This document shows positions 19,015-26,264 of a stretch of 64,000 nt of DNA, in pieces. Within the stretch, counting starts at the first letter, position 1. The number at the start of each line of letters is the position of its first letter. A model generated the notes under the pieces. It did not search any database. It worked only from the letters and a program-made list of their open reading frames with translations, and was not told the DNA's origin. A program made the translations under genes and the position numbers. The DNA comes from Bacteroidaceae bacterium. GTDB lineage: Bacteria; Bacteroidota; Bacteroidia; Bacteroidales; Bacteroidaceae. The stretch lies in assembly GCA_017617235.1 (NCBI GenBank), contig JAFZWQ010000042.1:18401-82400 (forward strand). Reading direction: 5' to 3'.

Positions 19015-19046
19015 CAAAGTTAGGGATTTATTTGCACTTGTGCAAG
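19015..19046 (-). promoter_or_regulatory. GH51 promoter with an overlapping 14-bp palindrome
   Basis: On the minus strand, TAACTTTG lies at 19022-19015. CTTG lies 20 nt upstream at 19046-19043. The perfect palindrome TTGCACTTGTGCAA (19032-19045) overlaps the -33 region. Confidence 0.55.
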
Positions 19047-19101
19047 CGTTCAGCCTAATAATGTGTGATAAAGATGATTACAAGGTCTGGGGCTGAGCGT
19101 C

Positions 19102-19209
19102 GCATCCCTTGTCTTGACACACAGCTGTGTGACAAGGGAAGGATTACTATTCCTAGGCGCCTAACGATGCGTCGTTTCTCTTGTCACACAATTGTGTGTC
19201 AAGAAGGGC
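19102..19209. repeat. Composite palindromic intergenic repeat, copy 1
   Basis: The arms CTTGACACACAGCTGTGTGACAAGGGAAG (19113-19141) and CTTGTCACACAATTGTGTGTCAAGA (19180-19204) are identical to those at 40485-40513 and 40553-40577. The two arms are inverted repeats of each other, and each is itself palindromic. Confidence 0.9.
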
Positions 19210-19267
19210 CAAATGTCGCTCCTTCGCAAAGAATGTGATGTTGGGCGAAAAATAATGCGTGATTTAT

Positions 19268-19298
19268 TTTGTCCTGACGGCTCTTTTCATTATCTTTG
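19268..19298 (+). promoter_or_regulatory. Promoter of the glmM-nagA operon
   Basis: TTTG (19268-19271), a 19-nt spacer, then TATCTTTG (19291-19298), 50 nt upstream of the glmM ATG. Confidence 0.7.
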
Positions 19299-19347
19299 CC
19301 CTTACATATATAATATAGGTAAGTAATAAACCTTAAATTAACAAGAT

Positions 19348-20736
19348 ATGACACTAATCAAATCTATTTCCGGAATCCGTGGAACCATTGGGGGACGCGC
19401 TGGAGACACGCTGAACCCCCTGGACATTGTAAAGTTTACTTCAGCCTATGCGACACTCATCCGTCGCACCACCTGGGTGAAGTCTAACAAGATAGTAGTA
19501 GGTCGCGACGCCCGCATATCGGGCGAAATGGTGAAGAACGTCGTATGCGGAACCCTCATGGGCATGGGATTCGACGTGGTTGACATCGGTTTGGCCACAA
19601 CGCCGACTACCGAGATTGCCGTCACGATGGAGGGTGCCTGCGGAGGTATCATCCTGACCGCCAGCCACAACCCCCGCATGTGGAACGCCCTGAAGTTGCT
19701 GAACGAGAAGGGCGAGTTCCTGAACAAGAAGGAGGGTGAAGAGGTGCTGCGCATAGCCGAGGCAGAAGATTTCGAGTATGCCGATGTGGACCACCTGGGA
19801 CACTACACGCAAGACAACAGCTACGACCAAAAGCACATCGACCTGGTGAAAAACCTCGAACTGGTGGATGTCGAAGCTATCAAGAAGGCCAACTTCCGCG
19901 TGGCACTCGACACGGTGAACTCCGTTGGAGGCGTCATCCTGCCAAAGTTGCTCGAGCAGCTGGGCGTGAAGACCGTAACCTGTCTGTATGGCGAGCCCAC
20001 AGGCGACTTCCAGCACAACCCCGAACCGCTGGAAAAGAACCTCGGCGACATCAAGGCCCTCATGCAGAAGGGAGGCTACGACATCGCCTTCGTCGTTGAC
20101 CCCGACGTCGACCGTCTCGCCCTCTTCTGCGAGGACGGAACCATGTACGGCGAGGAATACACCCTCGTAACCGTTGCCGACTACATCCTGCAACACACCC
20201 CGGGTAACACCGTCTCGAACCTCTCATCGACACGTGCCCTGCGCGACGTAACCCGCAAATACGGCTGCGAATACAACGCTGCTGCTGTAGGCGAAGTAAA
20301 CGTAGTCACCAAGATGAAGGACACCCACGCCGTCATCGGCGGTGAGGGCAACGGCGGCGTCATATACCCCGCTGCACACTATGGCCGCGACGCCCTCGTA
20401 GGCATCGCACTCATCCTCACCTATCTGGCCAAGAAGGGAATGAAGACCAGCGAACTGCGCGCCACCTATCCCCCTTACCAGATTGCCAAGAACCGCATCG
20501 ACCTCACCCCAGACACTGATGTCGACGCCATCCTGGCCCGCGTGAAGGAACTCTACCGAAACGAAGAGGTGAACGACATCGACGGAGTCAAGATAGACTT
20601 CCCCGACAAGTGGGTACACCTGCGTAAGTCGAACACCGAACCCATCATCCGTGTCTACAGCGAAGCCGCCACAATGGCAGAAGCCGACCAACTGGGCAAG
20701 GACATCATGGACGTAGTATATAGTATGGTAAAATAA
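19348..20736 (+). CDS. glmM: Phosphoglucosamine mutase
   Basis: 462 aa. N-terminus MTLIKSISGIRGTIGG. Phosphoserine loop TASHNP. Metal site FVVDPDVDRL. Also GGEGNGG. Confidence 0.9.
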   Translation: MTLIKSISGIRGTIGGRAGDTLNPLDIVKFTSAYATLIRRTTWVKSNKIVVGRDARISGEMVKNVVCGTLMGMGFDVVDIGLATTPTTEIAVTMEGACGGIILTASHNPRMWNALKLLNEKGEFLNKKEGEEVLRIAEAEDFEYADVDHLGHYTQDNSYDQKHIDLVKNLELVDVEAIKKANFRVALDTVNSVGGVILPKLLEQLGVKTVTCLYGEPTGDFQHNPEPLEKNLGDIKALMQKGGYDIAFVVDPDVDRLALFCEDGTMYGEEYTLVTVADYILQHTPGNTVSNLSSTRALRDVTRKYGCEYNAAAVGEVNVVTKMKDTHAVIGGEGNGGVIYPAAHYGRDALVGIALILTYLAKKGMKTSELRATYPPYQIAKNRIDLTPDTDVDAILARVKELYRNEEVNDIDGVKIDFPDKWVHLRKSNTEPIIRVYSEAATMAEADQLGKDIMDVVYSMVK

Positions 20737-20745
20737 ACATCGACT

Positions 20746-21909
20746 ATGCTGACACAAATCATCAACGGGCGCATACTGACCCCACAAGGTTGGCTCAAGG
20801 ATGGCAGCATCATCCTGCGCGACAACAAAATTCTGGAAGTAACGAACTGCGACCTGGCCATCATAGGTGCTAACATCATCGACGCCAAGGGCATGTACGT
20901 AGTGCCCGGCGGCATAGAGATGCACGTACACGGAGGCGGCGGACGCGATTTCCAAGAGGGCACCGAGGACGCCTTCCGCACGGCAATCGAGGCCCACGCT
21001 AAGCACGGTACCACCAGCATCTTCCCCACACTCAGCAGCAGCACCGTGGAAATGATTGAGCAGGCTGTCGCCACCTGTAACAAGATGATGGCCGAGCCCA
21101 ATTCACCCATCCTGGGTCTGCATCTCGAGGGACACTACCTCAACCCCCTGAAGGCAGGTGCCCAGATTCCTGAGTGGCTGAAGGATCCAGATCCCAACGA
21201 GTACATCCCCATCGTCGAGAACAGCCCCTGCCTCAAGCGCTGGGATGCAGCTCCCGAGTTGCCAGGTGCCATGCAGTTCGGAAAGTTCTGTGCCGAAAAG
21301 GGCATCCTGCCCTCCATCGCCCACACACATGCCGAATACAGCGACGTGAAGACAGCCTTCGAGGCCGGATTCACCCACGTGACTCACTTCTACAATGCTA
21401 TGCCTGGCTTCCACAACAAACAGGGATACAAGTACGAAGGAACGGTGGAGAGCGTTTACCTTATCGACGATATGACCATCGAGTGCGTTGCCGACGGCAT
21501 ACACGTTCCGCCCACCATCCTGCGTATGGCCTATAAAATCAAGGGCGTGGAGCGCATGGCACTCATCACCGATGCTTTGGCCGTAGCCGCAGCACCAGCC
21601 GATGCTGTTGCCTTCGACCCGCGTGTAATCGTCGAGGATGGTGTTGCCAAGCTGAACGACCGCTCTGCTTTGGCAGGTTCCATCGCTACGACAGACCGCC
21701 TCATTCGCACCGCTGTCAACCTCGCAGAGATTCCTTTGGAGGATGCCGTCCGCATGTGTTCCGAGACTCCGTCGCTCATCATGCACGTCAACGATCGCAA
21801 GGGAACCCTGCAGCGAGGCAAGGATGCCGACGTCATGATACTCGACGACAAGCTCGACATCCGTTGCATCTGGCAGATGGGTAAGATTATCGAGAACACA
21901 TTGTTCTAA
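20746..21909 (+). CDS. nagA: N-acetylglucosamine-6-phosphate deacetylase
   Basis: 387 aa amidohydrolase. GGIEMHVHGGGGRDF metal-binding motif. Layout is typical of NagA. Confidence 0.9.
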   Translation: MLTQIINGRILTPQGWLKDGSIILRDNKILEVTNCDLAIIGANIIDAKGMYVVPGGIEMHVHGGGGRDFQEGTEDAFRTAIEAHAKHGTTSIFPTLSSSTVEMIEQAVATCNKMMAEPNSPILGLHLEGHYLNPLKAGAQIPEWLKDPDPNEYIPIVENSPCLKRWDAAPELPGAMQFGKFCAEKGILPSIAHTHAEYSDVKTAFEAGFTHVTHFYNAMPGFHNKQGYKYEGTVESVYLIDDMTIECVADGIHVPPTILRMAYKIKGVERMALITDALAVAAAPADAVAFDPRVIVEDGVAKLNDRSALAGSIATTDRLIRTAVNLAEIPLEDAVRMCSETPSLIMHVNDRKGTLQRGKDADVMILDDKLDIRCIWQMGKIIENTLF

Positions 21910-21929
21910 TCCTCATGGGTCCCATACGC

Positions 21930-21946
21930 CCCATAGGGCCTATGGG
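21930..21946 (+). repeat. CCCATAGGGCCTATGGG palindrome (ATAGGGCCTAT motif, copy 1)
   Basis: 17-nt palindrome, 21 nt after the nagA stop and 7 nt before the terminator hairpin. Confidence 0.9.
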
Positions 21947-21951
21947 ATAAT

Positions 21952-21982
21952 AAAAAAGCCGCTCAACCGAGCGGCTTTTACT
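21952..21982. terminator. Bidirectional intrinsic terminator between convergent nagA and nagB
   Basis: AAAAGCCGCTC-AACC-GAGCGGCTTTT (21954-21979), with A-runs and T-runs on both sides. Confidence 0.85.
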
Positions 21983-22004
21983 TTTTACTTTTACCTTTAA
22001 TTTC

Positions 22005-22796
22005 TTAAAGGTTGTCTTTTTCTATGTCCTTGAAGTACTTGTAGGTTCCGTGCTTCAATTCGTCGGTAGCAGCCTCGTCACATACGATGATGGCGTGGGG
22101 ATGCATCTGCAGGGCGCTGATGGTCCATTCCTGACTTACTGCACATTCAATGGCGTGCTGCAGGGCGCGGGCCTTTCCGTGTCCGTTACATACAATCAAT
22201 ACCTCCTTGGCATCCATCACAGTGCCGACACCTACAGTCAGCGCGGTCTTGGGCACCTTGTTCACGTCGTTGTCGAAGAAGCGGCTGTTGGCAATGATAG
22301 TGTCAGTAGTCAGGCTCTTCACACGGGTGCGGCTTGCCAGAGAACTGAAGGGCTCGTTGAAAGCGATGTGACCATCGGGGCCGATACCACCCATGAACAG
22401 GTCGATGCCGCCTGCATCCTGAATAGCCTTCTCGTATGCTGCGCACTCGGCAGCCAGGTCCTTGGCGTTACCGTTAAGGATGTGTACGTTTTCCTTCTTG
22501 ATATTGATGTGCGAGAAGAAATTGGTCCACATGAAGCTGTGATAGCTTTCGGGATGCTCTTCGGGCAGACCTACATATTCGTCCATATTGAACGTTACGA
22601 CGTTTTCGAAACTTACCTTACCGGCCTTGTACAGTTCGATGAGGTGCTTGTAAAGGCCCAGAGGTGAGGAACCGGTGGGACAACCCAGTTTGAAAGGCTT
22701 TTCAGCCGTGGGCTTGGCTTCGTTAATACGTGCGGCTACGTACTCGGCAGCCCAGCGTGACAACTCTTTGTAGTCGGGTTCAATGATAACTCTCAT
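22005..22796 (-). CDS. nagB: Glucosamine-6-phosphate deaminase
   Basis: 263 aa. N-terminus [17 protein letters not shown] and [21 protein letters not shown] are typical NagB motifs. Confidence 0.95.
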   Translation of the reverse strand: MRVIIEPDYKELSRWAAEYVAARINEAKPTAEKPFKLGCPTGSSPLGLYKHLIELYKAGKVSFENVVTFNMDEYVGLPEEHPESYHSFMWTNFFSHINIKKENVHILNGNAKDLAAECAAYEKAIQDAGGIDLFMGGIGPDGHIAFNEPFSSLASRTRVKSLTTDTIIANSRFFDNDVNKVPKTALTVGVGTVMDAKEVLIVCNGHGKARALQHAIECAVSQEWTISALQMHPHAIIVCDEAATDELKHGTYKYFKDIEKDNL

Positions 22797-22830
22797 AACT
22801 TAAAGATTTAATAATTGAATGTTGTGTGTA

Positions 22831-24378
22831 TTAATGTTTTATGGATTTGTACGTTGCCTGTTTCCCATCCGTTTCGTATATGCATTGGCGAAGCGTCTTT
22901 TCGTCAACCTCCACGGCATCGCGGGTCAGTTCAGGCACGTTGTAACTCTTCAGTAACAGGATATTGTGTTCGGGGTCGCGCTGGGGCATGCAGAATGCCT
23001 TGTGGGCACGTCCCTGTTTGTCGAAGTAAGCAATGAAAGCACGCGAGTAATTGTGGTCCATGCGGCGTGTGACAAATACAATCCATCGTCCGTTGCTGCT
23101 CCATGTGTGATAGGATTCGACGTCTGGACTGTTGGCTTCCGTCAGGGCGTAGATAGAGTCGGTTTGCAGATCCTTGACGAACAGGTCGCTCGACAGGTGC
23201 CAAATGTGGAACTGTCCGTAGTCGCCCTCAGCATAAAGCAGATAGCGTCCGTCGGGACTGATGCGGGGGAACGATGCGCTGCGACTGCGGTTGGCACAAT
23301 CCACCACCAATTCCGAGGGGCCGAAACTACGTGTTTGCTCGTCAAAGGCCATACGGCGAATGTCGTAGTGGAAGTTCTCGTAGCGCGTGATGCGGGTCGT
23401 CTCGGTTAGCGTGTCGGGAACCTCCATACCTGCTATGGCATCGGCGGCTGTGCAATAGTACAGCCATTTGCCGTCGGGTGACCAGCAGGGGAAAGTCTCG
23501 AATTGAACCGAATCGCTGAGGATAAGGCCTACGGTATTGTTCTCCACATCGTAGAGCAGAAGGTCGCTGGCCTGGTCCTGCACTTCTATCTTCTCAGGGT
23601 GATAGATGTGGAATGCTTGTCCTGTCTTGTTGGTACTGAAGGCCACAAGGGGAAGGGTGGGGTGCCACGATGGATAAACCCCGGCAGTAAGAATGCTGTC
23701 GCCCTTAATCTGTATTTTTTCTGCCTTGCCATTACGCACGAAAATGGTGCCGCCATGTTGGGCACGTACGTGGAACAGCATTTGCTTGGCCGAGTAGTTC
23801 TGATAGTTGTGACAGTTGACACAGTGGTTGTCCTCGTCAGAATAAACTCGGTTGTTCTCGTAGATTGGCTTCTCCTCGAAGTTGGTAAGGTTGCGTTGGT
23901 AGAGTCCCAACTGACGATAGAGTTCGTAGCCGGGTTCGATGAGTCGGTAGGATAGATAGGGGTCGATGTCCTCTTCGGCAACGGTAAGCGTGTGCGGCTG
24001 GTACTTCACCCATCCCGATGGGGTCTGGGCATAGACGCTGACGCGTATCTTTGCCCCACGGTTCGCATCGAGCAACGTATGCCATTCCGTGGTGTCCATA
24101 TCTATCTTCAGGTCTTTGCCACCGCCGCATACAAGGGGAGTGCCCTGTTCTCCCTTCATCTCTACAACAATGGCCTTTGCAGTGGATTCGCGCAGGACGA
24201 AGTTAAGTGGGGCAATATTGGCAGGGATAATGATGTCTGTGTAATCGGGATAGATGGGAGCCACGCTGTCTGCCTCCGCATACGTAGCGGGCACGGTATA
24301 CACTTTCTTTCCACATGCGGAAAGAAGTAAAAGGTAAAAAGTAAAAAGTAAGAAGGTGTATCCCTTATGGACTCTCAT
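22831..24378 (-). CDS. Lipoprotein with a single CxxCH motif and a PD40/TolB-like beta-propeller region; function unknown
   Basis: 515 aa. Lipobox LLLSACGKK. HCVNCHNY (CVNCH codons at 23809-23823). Repeated WSPDGKWLYY / ISPDGRYLLY / WSSNGRWIVF blades. Confidence 0.8.
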   Translation of the reverse strand: MRVHKGYTFLLFTFYLLLLSACGKKVYTVPATYAEADSVAPIYPDYTDIIIPANIAPLNFVLRESTAKAIVVEMKGEQGTPLVCGGGKDLKIDMDTTEWHTLLDANRGAKIRVSVYAQTPSGWVKYQPHTLTVAEEDIDPYLSYRLIEPGYELYRQLGLYQRNLTNFEEKPIYENNRVYSDEDNHCVNCHNYQNYSAKQMLFHVRAQHGGTIFVRNGKAEKIQIKGDSILTAGVYPSWHPTLPLVAFSTNKTGQAFHIYHPEKIEVQDQASDLLLYDVENNTVGLILSDSVQFETFPCWSPDGKWLYYCTAADAIAGMEVPDTLTETTRITRYENFHYDIRRMAFDEQTRSFGPSELVVDCANRSRSASFPRISPDGRYLLYAEGDYGQFHIWHLSSDLFVKDLQTDSIYALTEANSPDVESYHTWSSNGRWIVFVTRRMDHNYSRAFIAYFDKQGRAHKAFCMPQRDPEHNILLLKSYNVPELTRDAVEVDEKTLRQCIYETDGKQATYKSIKH

Positions 24379-24403
24379 TTTTATCTTTTAATTTTTGATT
24401 TAA

Positions 24404-25975
24404 TTAGTTTACGCCCTGTTTGCTCGTGTTCTTGTCTTCCTCCGTATGGCCCCTGGTGGACTTCAGGTTGCCGAAGAAGTAGTAATAGGGATAGTATCCC
24501 TTCCACTTAGGGAACAGTTCAAGGGCGTGCTCTTGACGTGCCTCGAAACTATTTAGGTAGGGCTGTACTTCCTGTAAGAACGTGGTAAGGCGCGGACGGT
24601 TGTATGACAGCGTTGGGAACATGCTGGGTATTTCGGTGTATTTTCCGGACAGCAGGGCCAGCGCCTCGGCGATGCTCTGAGGGGGCGTGGTGCCAACGAG
24701 AGGTTCGCAACGTGCAATGAAGAAAGGCATCGACTTGGTGTAGATGTGTACCACCAGCGAGTTGTATAAGGCATTTATGCTACGCCCTTCGGTCAGCGAA
24801 AGGTTATATCCCAGGAACGTTGGCGGCGTATAGAAGTTCTCGAAGTTGTCGTGTATGGGTTCCGTCAGTCGCACCATACGGAATTCGGGGTCGGCATCCA
24901 CCTTCTCCTGATTGCGTAACATCGTTTGGTACTTCTCCACCCATTTGCCTTCGAAAGGTACATGCTTGAGTACGAACAGGTATTTCTCTGCAACTTCCCA
25001 TTCACCTTTCAGCAGGGCACATTTGGTCAACATCTTCAGGCTGCGCAGTGTGGGACCATTCATGGTTAGGTGCTCCATGGCATGATGGTTGGCTGTCGCT
25101 ATCAACCCTGCGTGGAAATCACAGTCCATCAGGTAGTAATTGACTTGACTGTTGTTCTCTATGTTGAAGTTGTGCATGTAGGGTGTATCGTAATCCAGTC
25201 GGATATCGAATAAATGGTCCCCTTGTTCAACCGTCTGCACAAGGGCAATAGCGTAATATGCTGCAATGGAGCGGTACGAGAGTTCGGAATGAGCACGGGC
25301 CGTTTCGGCCATGCCACGCCAGTCCTGTTCCAACATTTGCCTTTGCATGCGGGTGGTTACTCGTACATCAGGACGTACCCACTGGCTTATACCCATGGCC
25401 ACGACGACACACACCACACAGGCCAGCCACTGAATGTGGTTCTGGCGTGGAGTCTCGTCCTTATACGGCAGAAGAATGGGTGGGAACTTATGGGTGTGAC
25501 TGAACGAACGGATGACCAATGCCAACACGAGCAGTACAGCAAAACATAACAATGGAATACCCATGATGCGTCCTGTCTCCGTCTCGAAGTATAGGTCGAA
25601 ACCAATGTAGGCAATGGTGGAGAGGAAAAGTGCTGCGGGGATGTACTGCAGGAGACGCCACCATCCGCGCAAACGTAGGCAATAACCTATCAGCCACGTC
25701 GAACCGCTTACCAATATGGCTATAATGGCTCCGCCCAATATGGGCCAACGGAACAATTGAAGCAATGCCAGGCCTGCCATCCACAATGCACCCCAGGGAC
25801 GGCCTTCCATATATCGCATCAAGGTTTGGTCGGGAGCCCAGAACGAATATTCGCGGGCGATGCGAAAGACATCACCATACCATAACCACGCCCACAGCCA
25901 TACGGCTATAAACAAAACAAGCGTGGCAGATATCAACAGCGGCTTACGCTGCTTCTTTTGCTGTTGTTTTGCCAT
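24404..25975 (-). CDS. Polytopic membrane protein with a large C-terminal soluble domain (DUF6057-like by recollection); function unknown
   Basis: Start reset to the ATG at 25975 (MAKQQQKKQRK...), because a consensus promoter (25984-26015) and the rubredoxin terminator lie inside the longer ORF. About six hydrophobic helices are followed by about 300 aa of soluble helical sequence. Confidence 0.8.
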   Translation of the reverse strand: MAKQQQKKQRKPLLISATLVLFIAVWLWAWLWYGDVFRIAREYSFWAPDQTLMRYMEGRPWGALWMAGLALLQLFRWPILGGAIIAILVSGSTWLIGYCLRLRGWWRLLQYIPAALFLSTIAYIGFDLYFETETGRIMGIPLLCFAVLLVLALVIRSFSHTHKFPPILLPYKDETPRQNHIQWLACVVCVVVAMGISQWVRPDVRVTTRMQRQMLEQDWRGMAETARAHSELSYRSIAAYYAIALVQTVEQGDHLFDIRLDYDTPYMHNFNIENNSQVNYYLMDCDFHAGLIATANHHAMEHLTMNGPTLRSLKMLTKCALLKGEWEVAEKYLFVLKHVPFEGKWVEKYQTMLRNQEKVDADPEFRMVRLTEPIHDNFENFYTPPTFLGYNLSLTEGRSINALYNSLVVHIYTKSMPFFIARCEPLVGTTPPQSIAEALALLSGKYTEIPSMFPTLSYNRPRLTTFLQEVQPYLNSFEARQEHALELFPKWKGYYPYYYFFGNLKSTRGHTEEDKNTSKQGVN

Positions 25976-25983
25976 TGCGAAGC

Positions 25984-26015
25984 CAAAGTTACGAATAAAT
26001 GAGCGAAGAGCCAAA
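25984..26015 (-). promoter_or_regulatory. Promoter of the membrane-protein / CxxCH-lipoprotein pair, giving a near-leaderless mRNA
   Basis: The minus strand reads TTTG (26015-26012), a 20-nt spacer, then TAACTTTG (25991-25984). Only 8 nt separate the -7 box from the ATG at 25975. Confidence 0.65.
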
Positions 26016-26025
26016 TTTTGCGGGG

Positions 26026-26055
26026 CAAAAAAGCCCTGACTTTGGGGTCAGGGCT
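26026..26055 (-). terminator. Intrinsic terminator of the rubredoxin gene
   Basis: The minus strand reads AGCCCTGAC-CCCAAA-GTCAGGGCT (26055-26032), followed by TTTTTT (26031-26026). Confidence 0.85.
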
Positions 26056-26069
26056 ATGCTTGGATGGTT

Positions 26070-26228
26070 TTATGCCTCGCTGAATTCATCCTTGCCTACA
26101 CCGCAAAGGGGGCATACCCAATCTTCGGGCAGGTCTTCGAATGCAGTTCCTGCGGCAATGCCGTTATCGGGGTCGCCTACTGCTGGATCATACTCGTAAC
26201 CACATACGTCGCAAACATACTTTTTCAT
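26070..26228 (-). CDS. Rubredoxin (52 aa)
   Basis: Hand translation gives [52 protein letters not shown]. It has two CxxCG knuckles and the conserved aromatic core. It is below the 60-aa cutoff of the ORF track. Confidence 0.9.
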   Translation of the reverse strand: MKKYVCDVCGYEYDPAVGDPDNGIAAGTAFEDLPEDWVCPLCGVGKDEFSEA

Positions 26229-26264
26229 AGTCTTTTAGTTTTAAATTAATATTACGTTGTTACT

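Noticed and set aside
19102-19209. The inverted-repeat element as an invertible (phase-variable) promoter
   Set aside because: The segment between the repeats is only about 40 nt and contains no TAnnTTTG box. No recombinase gene is nearby. The second copy sits between convergent gene ends, where a promoter switch would have no target.
26064-26249. 61-aa plus-strand ORF in the M60-like/DUF6057-like intergenic region
   Set aside because: The opposite strand encodes a textbook rubredoxin with its own terminator. The plus-strand ORF is its antisense shadow.
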